A stretch of 63,914 bases of DNA, counting the filler, from Rhabdomonas costata (lineage: Eukaryota), in assembly GCA_019059605.1 (NCBI GenBank). It is 36 parts of 36 records of this genome, joined end to end, with 100 filler letters (N's around TTAATTAATTAA, not from the genome) between each part and the next. Parts side by side here need not be neighbours in the genome. Positions count along the whole stretch, not along the records: positions 51,573 to 53,249 come from JAHMHO010010795.1; positions 53,350 to 55,025 come from JAHMHO010010796.1; positions 55,126 to 56,803 come from JAHMHO010010797.1; positions 56,904 to 58,580 come from JAHMHO010010798.1; positions 58,681 to 60,358 come from JAHMHO010010799.1; positions 60,459 to 62,136 come from JAHMHO010010800.1; positions 62,237 to 63,914 come from JAHMHO010010801.1; 29 more parts are not named here. The stretch is one strand, 5' to 3'. This document shows positions 51,977-63,914 of this stretch, one piece after another. The translations under genes were made by a program, and so were the position numbers. Position 1 is the stretch's first letter; every line of letters starts with the position of its first letter. The notes below the pieces were generated by a model, which ran no database searches, was not told the origin of the DNA, and worked only from the letters and a program-made list of their open reading frames with translations.

Positions 51977-52199
51977 TGGTTCTTGTTGGTCGAATACTCG
52001 CATACGCTCGAATAGCTTCGAACTGCCACGGCAACAGTTTTGCTGCACACAATTAATGGGACAAGAAACGAAACAGGGAGGCTTTCAGTGCGCAGTTTCA
52101 GTGTTCACGTTTCCATTTGACTCGCAACGGGAAAAGCAGCTGAGTCAACCTCAACCTTGCCTTCTCGTGTGCTTTCCTTGCCATTCCGTCCCTATTCAG

Positions 52200-52344
52200 A
52201 ATGGCGGTGCACATCTTCACCTCGGCGCTGCTGCACTCCAAGAGGGAATCCCTCAGGCACAGTGTGGCCAACGCGTTCTATGCCTTCAATGCCACCGTGC
52301 ACGTCAACACCCCGGACACAGACACCTTCGACGCTTTTGTCATG
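52200..52344 (+). CDS. Exon of a hypothetical protein
   Basis: Pyrimidine tract plus CAG acceptor, then the GC3-rich frame MAVHIFTSALLHSKRESLRHSVANAFYAFNATVHVNTPDTDTFDAFVM. The donor is unclear. Confidence 0.35.
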
Positions 52345-54011
52345 GCTGACATTTTGGCATGCTCCGCATCCTCTTCTGCTCATTGTGGGTTGTAGTTTTA
52401 TATTGGGTGGTTATGTTGTTCTTGGGAAGACCATGCAATCTAAGTGTGTCGAAGCCATCATCATCAGTTTGGGAGGTTTGAGGTTAACGTTTGGACGAAG
52501 GAAAAGGAGAAAAGGCATCTGTTTGCATGCAAAAATTAGGACTGCGAGGCACTGATTGCTGAATGGAGACCGCTTGGGGGGGTGCTGACGTATGAATTTC
52601 ACTTAGTTGTTGTTCAGAGATGGGGATCGGCGTTTCACATGCTCACATGGATCGCATCTTCGTGCCCTCGTTAGATTGTTGACCTCAGCCGGTTTTCTCA
52701 TCTGGCCGGGATGTGGTCCCTGAACCTCAAGCTGGCGTCACCATTCCGATACGCCACAAACTGTGACGCCCGATGGGTGGGCTTGACTCCTCAGGGGACC
52801 TTCTCCGAGCCCGGCTTTCGCAAGGCCTGGGAATGCTGGCAGAAATACCCTCAGGCTTATGACCTCTCTGGGCGGTGTGGGTGACGGTTCGCGCCCGTCC
52901 TGAGCCAGCCTCTTCGAAGGCCCTTCTGCTCTGCTGCCCACACGGCTGCGGCTGCTGTGCAGGTGCCACTGACAATGGGTAGACCATCCCGCCGGTCATG
53001 CGGTCACAGTCCACCTAGGAACTTCCAATGGGTTTTATGTGACCTATTGGCTGTTTGCTGCTTGTCCAAGGCGCCGCCCAGGCTGTATAGAGGGCTGTTA
53101 CCCAGCTGAGTGACTCATCAACTCGTTTGATGTGCACTCGGTGCGATCAGTCTGGGTGGAATAGGGGAGGAGGAAAGGCGCACATGTCACCCCAGCGAAG
53201 AAGGGAAACTGCAGGCACGGGAAAGCGGAAAGGTACGCTTTTGCACAACNNNNNNNNNNNNNNNNNNNNNNNNNNNNNNNNNNNNNNNNNNNNTTAATTA
53301 ATTAANNNNNNNNNNNNNNNNNNNNNNNNNNNNNNNNNNNNNNNNNNNNGGGCCTGTGAGGGTTAGGTGTAACATTAAGGGGGGTTTGTGTGATTGTGAG
53401 AGGGGAGGGGGCAAAAAAGTAGACAAGCCGAACTTTGAGAACTTGAAATATCGCATCGCCCGCATTTCACTAGGCTCCCAGACGCACCCGAGCGCTCTCC
53501 TCCTTCCCTCCAATCTAGAATATGACTCTGCCCGTCGTTGCCCTGCAATCTAATTTGTTTTAGCTAGGGCTAGTGTACCCGGGCTTTTGTCCTTTCCATC
53601 CTTAGGGCGCTCAATTCACTGAGGTTCCCCCTAGCAATAGCAACGCGGCAGCTATGGCACTCATGTTCACACATGGACGACTGGTGGCTCAGCCTAAGTT
53701 CGTGAGGCTTGAGCTCTGTCTTACAGAACCATAAAGCACTGATGCACCCTTAGCAACACGACCGACCGGGATGAATGCATATGAATGCTTAGCGCAACGC
53801 GCACACACACACACACACGCACACACGCACGCATCCACTCTTGATGACTATACCACAGATCGGTCGCTTTCAACACTCGCTGCATTTAGCTTTTCTTTCT
53901 CAGGGCCCTTTCTAGTTAGCGCGCGCAGCACGTGCACATGTAGGCAAGCTGTGAGTCCGCGACAGAGCATTGTGTGGATGTGGAGCCAAGCGGTGCGGGT
54001 GTGTGATGTAC

Positions 54012-54157
54012 CGCAGGGCTTGAGCGAGGGCGTTCACAGGGAGCTGGCCGTGCGCCCCAGAGTCCTTCCGGAACACAGCCTCCAGCACAAGCACATCCAC
54101 ACAGCACGAGTCCCTCTTGGGCGACAGCTGCAGGTTCTCCATCGTCGAGGTGGACAT
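54012..54157 (-). CDS. Possible first exon with a degenerate EF-hand-like stretch
   Basis: MSTSTMENLQLSPK..LEAVFRKDSGAHGQLPVNALAQALR followed by a GTACAT donor. Weak similarity to calmodulin-like F..D....G.I....L...LR. Confidence 0.35.
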
Positions 54158-55986
54158 TGATTTTCGTGTGCTAATTTTTTCGCTCTTCTCTTTGTCTGGA
54201 ATGTGGAATATCTCGCTTGTGCCCGGTCAATGAAGAAAAGACGCTGTAAGGGTGTAGGTCTCCCTTCCTATCTCCAAGCAAAAAGCAGTTAGACCGGGAG
54301 GACAAGGAGCTAACTATCACATGGGAATTCCTTTCCGCTCAGCAATACCCTTCTCCACATGATCCTGATCGGGCCGAGCAGCGTGCAAGGGGCTCCGCCC
54401 CGGTTCCTGCCCGGAGACCCGATTTAGCAAACCGGCCAATAACTCTTGTCAGTGCACATCGGAATCCTAGGGGGCACTTGCAATGCCTTCTAACCCTCGG
54501 CGAGGCTAAAATATCGGAGTCCCAGTGGGCGAAACCCAAAACCAGTGATTTTTTCCAGTTTTTCAAAGTTGTCTTTTTTCGGAAGATACTTCGAAAAATT
54601 CGTTTTCCCTACAATGCGGGCCCGCTATTTCTCTGTCTCAGAAATTCACCTGAACATTGTTGAGGAGTCTGCGCCTATCATCCCAGTGGGGCAAACGGCG
54701 TTCGACTGTCTGACGCGAAGGCTGTTGAACGGAATTGGAGAAGAACTGAAAGCGCCCCTGTTCTACTGAAACTCCATCAGACTTCTCCGGTTGCTGTCTT
54801 TACTATACTCTCGCCGGACAGCAAAGTTTTGGTTTCTCAAAGCTTTCCATTCCGTGGAAAAAGGAGTGCGGAAACCCCCAATTCACTGGCACCATGCTAC
54901 CTGCAGCATGGGACAAGCGGCTTTTCACGTCCGCTCAATCCAACAAAGAGATTCCAACCGAACTCCTCCTTTTCTCAACAAGATGAAGTCTTGCTCGCCG
55001 AGTTGCATGGGCACCCCCCCCCACCNNNNNNNNNNNNNNNNNNNNNNNNNNNNNNNNNNNNNNNNNNNNTTAATTAATTAANNNNNNNNNNNNNNNNNNN
55101 NNNNNNNNNNNNNNNNNNNNNNNNNTGTGTTGGGTGGCCATGGGCTGCGCTCGGATGAGAAGAAAAAGAAGAAGCATATGCTGTGCGTACGGGTGCGAGC
55201 GAGGTTGCAGGAGCTCTTGGAGGGCTTGGAGTTGCTGTCCTGGGCAATGAAGCTCAGTTTGGAGCTTGGGTCGAAGTATGCCTTGTTGGTTGCGTTTTTT
55301 ATCCCAGCGCGGACATATCGGATAATCAGCCATTTCTTTCTGGCAGTTTCTGCCGATGTTTTTTGTTGGCAACGAATCCGGAGTGTTTTGCCATGCCGCG
55401 GCGCGGTGGACATGACGGAGCACCGTGCACGTATTTTGTCAGGGGGCGGGGCCAAGAGTTGAAGTGTTTTCGCTCCATCCGTTTTCTTTTATTGTGACCC
55501 TGGAATCCATGCCAGTGGTATTATAAATGCCAAAAACACATCCCGTCCGGCGTTCGCTGTATTCCTGGCTCCCTTGGCTCTTGGTTCAGGCCTCGTTGAA
55601 CGTTGAGAAACGGACGAAGTTTCTCTGCGATGATGGACTTGCTGCCCACTAGTTTCACCCCACCCCCCTCCGTGTCGACACCCAAAGTCACGAAAAGCAG
55701 GGGCATATGTACAGTTGTGCTTTGTGAGGGGTTCGCGGGGACGCGCACACTCATTGCCCTCCCATCGGGCGCGTCGCGGTTACTGCTTTCCCCAATATCC
55801 CCATTCCGAACTCGACTCGAACCCTGCTTCGTCATCAGTGTTCTTTCTGTTTTTCAGTGTTCGCACATAGTTTTCTTTTCAACTTTGTCTATTTGTTCGC
55901 GTAGTCCCATTCTCTTCTTCCTCCGCTCTCCCCCTTCCCTCAGCTTTGCCTCTTGCAGATCCTCCTTTCCATTCACGTTCGGATCT

Positions 55987-56790
55987 GCCCTCTTCTGCGT
56001 TTTTGCTTCTGTTTTCAGGGTTTGCTCTCCCCCAGCAACAGCAGGGGGATGAATCTCACCCTGATTTTCCTCTCTCCCCTCTCCCCTCTTCTCACTCCCT
56101 TCTTTTTTCCTGTCACTGTCCTGCCAGTCCCCAGTGCCAGAAGCGAAGTGCCTTCTGCAGTGCTGGCAGCGTAGAAAAAAAAGGCCCCCAGTTTGAACAA
56201 GATTTTTTCCCTCAACCCGATGATGGAGTGGCGCAGCGTTTATCTCTCCTCAGATTTCAGATTTGTTGAGGCAACCTTTTCTTCAACCCCTCTCTCTCCC
56301 TGCTTTTTGATGCGCGTGTCGTCCCTACAACGCCTCGAGCTCTTTCACCATTCCATCCATCAATATTGCCCATCTTTGTTCTTCCCCCCCCTCCGACCAA
56401 TGCAACCACCCCTGTCTTCATTTCTCCGTCCTTGTTTCCATTTGTACGGTACCATACTGCCCTATTGAGTGCAGACTCAGAACCTGTATGTCCCCTCTCA
56501 TTGATCATCAGTGTTCTTTTTTTGTGTGGGAACCATCTGGTCTGAGTCTCTGGCTCTGCCTGGATGTGTGAGACAAATGAGTATACAGTGTCTCATTCTC
56601 CTCCCTCCGCCCTCCCTACTGAGCATTGCCTCGTGCTGACCACTTCTTCATCCGCGTTCGTGTCAGCCCTCCTCTGCGTGTTTGCGGACTTTTCAGGACT
56701 TTTGCGGACTTCTGCTTTTCAGGATTCTCTCTCCCCCAGCAACAGCGGGGGGACGAACCTCACCCTGATTTCCATTCCCACTCCCCACTC
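55987..56790. repeat. Diverged direct repeat (about 55987-56090 and 56666-56790)
   Basis: Both copies share GCCCTC(T/C)TCTGCGT.TTTGC and CTCTCCCCCAGCAACAGC.GGGGGA.GAA.CTCACCCTGATTT. Confidence 0.8.
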
Positions 56791-57703
56791 CCCAACAACA
56801 CACNNNNNNNNNNNNNNNNNNNNNNNNNNNNNNNNNNNNNNNNNNNNTTAATTAATTAANNNNNNNNNNNNNNNNNNNNNNNNNNNNNNNNNNNNNNNNN
56901 NNNTGTGGTTGTGAATTCAAAGTTAGAGATTGGCCAACAATACAACAGACACCTTTCAGGAAAACTTCCTTCATATGTGAACCGTTCAGGTTTTTTTTGG
57001 GAGGGGGGATTCTAAATAACCCGCCCCGAAGATAACTGTCTTTGTGCTTTGGTGCATCATGCATGAGCCACAAAGACAGGGGCACCGCAAGAACAATCTA
57101 GGTCAAATGAGGGCGGAGTCGTCGCATGGGGAAGAATGCGGTCGGGTAGCATGCCATGCAGACGCCACACATATGCAGAGACCCGAATCGAAGCGGAGTT
57201 CCGGGGGCGTGGGGGCGATGGACACCCGGCCCAGGATCGAGCGAGGAGTTGGCAAGTTTTCGATGTCAAAAGGAAGCTCGCTGCGGCTCAGGTGTGCGCA
57301 GCCATTCTGCACCCCCCCCCCTTCCCCTCGCTCACCCACCGTACCTCAAAATTTCACATCTCGTGCCCCACAAAACAACTTTTGTGCGATAACTTTTTCG
57401 TCCTTCAAACCCTGTCATCCCGGGGTTTTGTCGTGGGAAGTCTCCGAAGCGGCGTCAAGCCGCTGGTGAAGAAACTCTCCACAGTAACGTGGCTATGCTC
57501 TATTTCCTGGCCTTCGTGGATGCACAGAAGTCCGAAAGCTGTCGCGTGTTTGCCGTGTCTTCTGGAATCAAATCAAAATGGCTCCAGGTCAATGCGTCAG
57601 CCACGCCTCAGGGAACCTATGAAGGTACAGGTGCAATGACCACCCCAATCCTGAAAGCACTCGTCAATATGACGAGAGAAGGCAGTCACCTGGATACAAA
57701 GCA

Positions 57704-58026
57704 CTATGTGTGGGGCGTCTGGCCAATTATTCTCATGGCTTCCTCTCCATCCTCACCAGACAACAGGCCAAAACCCTCCGCCTGCCCCACGTGCCCCAGG
57801 TACTGAGAACGCGCGAAAGTAAGGGCACGAAGAGGCACCAGCTTTGCAACTTCATGCTGCTCCCGGCGCTGGATCTCCGCCTGCCGGGCGGCAAACCAGG
57901 CAGGGAGCTTGTCCGGCCCCGTCGTCTTGACCCGGATCTTGTGGTATTTGTAGATGATAATCGCGGAGGAGGCCGCCGCGATCACACCGAGCCCCGCGAA
58001 GAAAACGGCCAGACTGACGAGGCCTC
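57704..58026 (-). CDS. C-terminus of a single-pass membrane protein (exons 57839-58026 and 57704-57802, or one read-through exon)
   Basis: The TM helix GLVSLAVFFAGLGVIAAASSAIIIY is followed by basic KYHKIRVK. The frame stays open to TAG at 57704. Confidence 0.5.
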
Positions 58027-58692
58027 CTGAAACCCACCAGAGGGACAGAAAGTAAACGTCCATCTTCCCTTCATCCTTTAGCCCCCCTCCGCTACCTGCA
58101 TTCCATTATCCTCTTCTGTTCCTTGTTTTTTTTGGGTATTGGAAAACCGGTGTGTCTTCCAGCCCCGCGGTGGTGCCCAGCAAGTGTTTCATAATGGCAG
58201 GAAGTTGGTGGTATGTTCATGAAGGCATTTAAAAAATGCAGTTTCGTAACCCTTGACCTTACCGTGTGTGTGTTTGTGTGTGTTCCCCTTCCCTTCGGCT
58301 GTGCTCAGGCTCACCGTCGCCGCAATGATTACGGTGCTTTGGACCCACATTTGCAGCTGCCTGTCGTGGATCCTCTGCTCAGACGTTTACAAGGGCGACG
58401 GTTTGTGCATATGTGGTTACCGTTTTTGCTGCTGGCAGTCCGTCCCATACTCACGTATTTCACCCGATCATCTCCCAGTATGCAGCGTTGGCAGCCATAA
58501 GAGAACACAGCGTTCCGAAAACGACGCCTACTTTTTCTGTGAAAGCAGTGTGCATATGTTTGCTGCTTGTCCACCACAAANNNNNNNNNNNNNNNNNNNN
58601 NNNNNNNNNNNNNNNNNNNNNNNNTTAATTAATTAANNNNNNNNNNNNNNNNNNNNNNNNNNNNNNNNNNNNNNNNNNNNGGGGGTGTTTTC

Positions 58693-58726
<34 letters not shown>

Positions 58727-58727
58727 T
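58693..58727. repeat. (CT)n microsatellite
   Basis: Seen directly. Confidence 0.9.
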
Positions 58728-60600
58728 TTCCACCAAAATCTGTTCTTTTTGTTGACACGTGTCACTGCCTTCCCGCTCTGTCTTGCCTTCCGGGTTGCTA
58801 GAAAAACGGAGGTTTCCGCAAGGAAACCGTTTTTAGTTTTAAAGCACTCAATTTGTATGATGGTGACACAGCTTCGGTTGTTTCTAATGGTTATGATTCT
58901 GGTGCATCACCTGCTTTTGCAATGCATTTGCAATCTGCAATTTGCAGTGACTGTAAATTCCTTCTCTTATCACTGTTCTGGGGGTTTCTAACAGGTGGGC
59001 CTATATAGATTCTTCAGCAGACCTCTGGAACCTCACTAATCGTCGGGGGCATCATCGGAAATGGAGATGGGTAGGACCACTTACACCGGCCCAAAACCTC
59101 ACCTATTTGCTGGGTGACATCCACCATGGTCACTCCGGGACCGGACCGCAACGGACCGGACCAGACCGAAGACCTGACACGGACGTCATACCTCCAGCTA
59201 GAGTGACGGGTTGGGGCGGGCATGCTTAGCATACGCAAGGGTAGAGCCCAGGAGTACTACATGCTGGTACCGGAGTGAACCGGAATGCTTCGGTTTAGAA
59301 GCCACGCTAGAGGCCATTTAAGGGCCATTTTGGGGTGTTTTTGCCCCCCGCTCCCATTTTTGCCTTTACACAGGCTTGGAAGGTCTTTTTGTTTTGCGCT
59401 TGCTTTACATCGGGCTGATAAGAGAAAGAAGGCTGTGGGGTGGCACGCCGTCCGCCCACGTGCACGTCGGTGTGCCAGCAAAGTTTTTATTTATAGTTTA
59501 AGAACGACCAAGAATTCCAAGGTATCAACTTGGCCACCTGTCCAACGCTCCCCGGATACTTGCAGATCCTTTCTCCGATAACCGACAATCAGGAGGGGGT
59601 AAAATTGAATGAGTGGTGGTGCACACTTGTTTCATTCACTGGGGGGGATTTTTAGAAGGATTGAAAATGCAAGGAATCACTTCCTGACCACCTGCCGGAT
59701 GCTCAGCGCTTTCTGTGTGCGATCGCGTTTGAGTTTCTGAATACGCAAGCGCGCGCGAAGAGAAGAAAACAAAGGGGCACTTTGTCAGCGAAACAACCTT
59801 TACACGACTGAGCCCAAATGTTTGCAGATCCCTTCTCCCACAACCGACAACCAGGAAAGGGCAGAGGGGTGGGGTGAACCCTGCTGAATATTTTTCTCCT
59901 TTTGCACGTTTGCGCTTGTGTATTCGTATTACTTTGATGCTATTACGTTACATACTTTGCAAGTGGTATTTACCAACGGAAACAACATATCGGACTCTCA
60001 TAATCGAGTACACACCTGCGCTAGGTACTGATCACAGTTTCGACAAAATGACTGGTGTTTTGAAACACAACATACATTATATAATAGTATCATATATGCT
60101 CCATACTTTGCATCAAGCTTTTATTCAGCGTTTATTCGGTTTGCATAGGTTTCGACAGAAGGCTGCGGGCAATATATACCCAACATATAATGGGTTGTAC
60201 GGCAGGCGTACCATAAGGGCAACACGCAGGCATAGCACACGCCCACTTTTGGGGTTGCACGGATGTCGAAGAATCACCAAAAATCACAAAAAGGGCACAA
60301 CCACAACAGGTCGACAACACGCCCACGCCCTTCGGATGACACACCGCGGTTGGGCTTCNNNNNNNNNNNNNNNNNNNNNNNNNNNNNNNNNNNNNNNNNN
60401 NNTTAATTAATTAANNNNNNNNNNNNNNNNNNNNNNNNNNNNNNNNNNNNNNNNNNNNTGTGGGGGGTTTACAAGCCTCTTGATTTGAGTCTGCCTAGTT
60501 TTTGGATGATTTGGAGGCTTGGAGCTTGACATGTCCATTTTCTCACCTGACATTCACCTCCTATTTTTTGCTTCTCTTTCGGTGGGTGGCACGCGGCCAG

Positions 60601-61899
60601 GGAATATCTACGCCCTGCTCCTATCTGAGGTCACCCGCCGCACTGCCGTGCTGGCCGCGCGGTGGCAGGCCGTGGGATTTGTCCACGGCATGCTGAACAC
60701 CGACAACGCCTCAGTTGCCGGGGTGACCCTGGACCTGGGCTCGTGTCGGTTTCTGGAGGTGTACGACCCCGGGGTGGTCGCCAGTCCCACGGTGGACGAG
60801 GGAGGGCAGTACGCCTTCGGCCGCCAGGCGGAAGTCGGAAAGGTGCTCGGAATGAGGAAGGGAGAAGAGGTGCTTGGGTGGGCTTGTATACAATGATCTG
60901 ATAAATCCGTCGAGATCGATTTTTCCTGCAATTCAAAGAATGACCCGATTCACCCTCAAGAGCTGCCTTGCTGCAGAATGCTGAATGGGAGCCCAAAAAC
61001 CAAGCTCCAGAACATGGTCAGGTTAAATGGAGAGATGGGTCTTGGCGATGCCCCGGGTCGCTTGAGAACCCAATTCTCAACTGTAACTTACCCATTCGTC
61101 CCCCCCCTCCGATGAGCTCGTCTTTCCATCACTTTTCTTCTGTGTCGTGCAGCAGAAGCCGCTGTTGAACTCCGGGCCAACACTCCGAACGGGTGACGGT
61201 AGGCACTACTCGCGTATCTTTTCGAAGTCGTTCATATAGTATGAAGCCGGCTGCGAGTGCCTCGTTACACGGGCTTTGTGGCTGGCGATGGGAATTTCCC
61301 GGTGCCTTGTTTTAGGGCAATGTCGCGCGGTTGGCCATGGCGCTGCGGGGGCTGGTGTCGATGGAGGAGATCTGCGAGGCAGTGCAGCCATACTTTGGGA
61401 TCTATGAGCAGGAGGCGCTAAGGTAATTCATTCCTCAACCGTGAGCGACGATGTGAAAGCTTGCCAGTCTCCTTGTGCCCTGCACACCTCCCCTCCCCCC
61501 TCTTTATTTTTTTCGGAATAAATCTCTTCGAAGATCCGGAAGCCTTCAGCCGTCGGATTTTTGCAACGCGAAAGCGAAAGTGTACCTTTTTCTCATTACC
61601 CAAAAGTCCTTTTTTTTTAGGAAAACCTCCCTCCCTGTGGCATAGGAAGCACCCCCTTTCACCCACTGCACGGTTCCTTTTCCATCCAACTGCTTTTTTT
61701 GAAGCTTTTTGGGAGAATGATGATTTAGAGGTTCAAGTTTAAGGTGGTGTAGCTCTTCCTTAAAAAAAAAAGGCTGTACCGACGCAAGCTGGGGCTGGTG
61801 ATGGAGCACCCGGAGGACGCTGAGCTGGTGCAAGGCCTGTTGCGTGCCCTCGCGGCACAGGTTGTGGACTATCCCTCGTTCTTTCGCAACCTGGCGGGG
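60601..61899 (+). CDS. SELENOO: SelO/YdiU-family protein adenylyltransferase, partial (exons 60601-60842, 61316-61422, 61773 to about 61899)
   Basis: RTAVLAARWQAVGFVHGMLNTDN..TLDLG..FLEVYDP..DEGGQYAFGRQ|GNVARLAMAL..|LYRRKLGL..VDYPSFFRNL has the SelO hallmarks WQ.VGF.HG..NTDN, KLGL and D...FFR.L. Confidence 0.92.
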
Positions 61900-63175
61900 T
61901 TTCCTGGCCACCTTTCACCCCAGGAGAAGGCACACAAAGCAGCGCCCTTCGAGCCCCCATCGCCGACACTGCAGCAGTGGTGTGGCACACGGTTTCCACG
62001 TCTTTGGTTTTCCCGCTCGTCAAATAGCCCCGATCCCCGTGCCTTTTCGGGGACCGCACAATGAGGCAAAATGCACTCCATGCAAGTGTAGAGCCAAGGT
62101 CACACCCTTTATATGTCTGCACATGTACACAACCACNNNNNNNNNNNNNNNNNNNNNNNNNNNNNNNNNNNNNNNNNNNNTTAATTAATTAANNNNNNNN
62201 NNNNNNNNNNNNNNNNNNNNNNNNNNNNNNNNNNNNTTGGGGAGTGGGCCCAGGGCATTGGGCTGAGGAACATCTCCTTTGAGGACCTCAAGCAAATGAT
62301 TGCGCAGGTCTTGCGGCTGTCATGTGCCTGTGTGTATGTGTGTGCCGACTTTGTATGTGTGGTCGCGCGGTTTTGCATCTGACCCAGTTTGGAACGTTAG
62401 CTCCATGGGTTACACCATGGGGATCACCATAGTCCACCCCTGGGGGACAAGAGACAGCGGATCAAGGCACAGCATGTCACGTCGTGGAGCTCAGGGGGAG
62501 AGGCGCGACCCATCTAGCGTACGAGAACGACCAGCGAGGGGAGCGGACCTGGAGTCCCTCGCCGAATTTACACTTGACATGGCTCCAAGTGTGCTTATGT
62601 GAAACAGGGTGTGATGTTGCCCCCACCCCTTCCCGCAATTACATGCGAAATAACTCAACGACGTCCGGAAAAAACCGCTCAGCGCTTTGTTAACTAGTTG
62701 AGAATCGGTGCCGTTTGCTGCATGGAGGTCGCTCACCGCTGTGGTTCTGGTTCTTTTCGGCGACTTTTATGGCCAACTTTGGACTTTGTTGATCGATTGC
62801 GACAACATTCGTTTAGCGGCGGAATCCAGCCCGCAGCGCAGCGGGGACCTGCCATGGGGGGAGGGTTGTGCAAAAATCTGACCTTTCTTGCCCAACAACC
62901 TTAAACGCTTAACACCGTTAAGCACCAAAAATTTTCCAGTTTCAGGGAAGTTATTTTTGCGATCATGGGAGTTGGGTAAATCGTGCCCATAAGTGCTTGT
63001 ACCAATTAAGGCACGTGGTTTAGATATTTCTTCCGAAGGGGGGATCGAACCTTTTTTCCGTGTTAAACGTTGAATGGAAAAAATACAAGTGCCCCTTTGT
63101 TACTGTAGTTAGGAAAGGATCGTAAAGGTTTGAATCTTCGACTAAGTTTTCCTCATGTACTTTGCTTCCTTGAAG

Positions 63176-63310
63176 GTCGACGTGAACCACCACGGGCGGG
63201 TGGACTTTTGGGAGTTCCTGGCGATCCAGCTGTACATCAGCCTGAACCTGCAGGACACCGTGGACCTTCTGGAGTTTATCAAGTTCCTCAACCAGAGCTA
63301 CACCGCCTAA
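63176..63310 (+). CDS. EF-hand protein, terminal exon
   Basis: AG|VDVNHHGRVDFWEFLAIQLY..FLNQSYTA* contains the EF loop D.N..G.VDF.EF. The exon is 135 nt and ends in TAA. Confidence 0.7.
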   Translation, partial: VDVNHHGRVDFWEFLAIQLYISLNLQDTVDLLEFIKFLNQSYTA

Positions 63311-63914
63311 CGCCCAGGGAAGGATCGAGAGAGAGAGAGAGAGATCAATCCAGCGGCCGCATCCTCAGCAGGGCTGTGCAGTTTTCATATTGAAGGCCGA
63401 TCTGTGCACTGTTGCATGTCCTTTATTCTCAGGGAAGAGGTGCCCCACTTTTCACTTCAGCTGCTGAATGTGACTCTGTCGTGTTGTCTGCACGGTGTTT
63501 GTTGGAACCCACCTGGAGCAACAAGTTGTTGGGACTGGCCGAATTTGCTCTGCGACCTTGGGCAGTCCATCTGCCATCTAGACCTCCCCTCCCTTCGTCT
63601 GCAACCTGCAACCTGCAACGGCCGAATAGCAGTGGTCGTAACGCTTTGTCTGTTAGCTGGTTTACTGCCTGGGGCTTACCTTTTCTTCCAAAGTTGACCG
63701 AGACTTTGAAAAACTGCGTGAGAAATATTGTGGATATAAAGGGTTTGATTATCGATGGAAATCACCAAACCCCGGACGCTGACAGCGCATATCGCGGCCT
63801 TCTTTCCTCCTTTCTGGGCCTCGTTGAACATTTCATTTTTCGAATCCATCTTTACCTCAGGCTTGCGCTGCGGTGCAAATGAACTCTCGCATCCTGGTTA
63901 AACTAACCAACAAA

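Overview
This window is not one locus. It is 36 unrelated contigs of about 1.67-1.68 kb, joined by an artificial 100-nt spacer (44 N + TTAATTAATTAA + 44 N), so neighbouring genes are not linked. The DNA is from an intron-rich eukaryote and most supplied ORFs are spurious. Splicing exons by eye at GT..AG boundaries with matching phase recovers partial genes for RNA Pol III subunit RPC34, DPH1, ATM1/ABCB7, a GH81 endo-1,3-beta-glucanase, TOR, a CFAP20-domain protein, a front-end fatty-acid desaturase, DYRK1, STT3, SelO and a class III nucleotide cyclase. It also recovers disintegrin-, ankyrin-, LRR- and EF-hand-containing proteins and several hypotheticals. The GTRYG-dominated donor sites, the desaturase and the GH81 suggest a euglenid (inference). 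G/T-only contig starts and A/C-only ends suggest whole-genome amplification. Items worth a second look: a candidate non-canonical 5' splice site in ATM1, two decayed retroelements (RLE/CRE-like and Penelope-like) antisense to host genes, exon-unit duplications, and two long hairpins, at least one probably an amplification artefact. I found no convincing novel multi-gene system, and the concatenated structure would hide one. All protein assignments come from recalled family motifs, not database searches.
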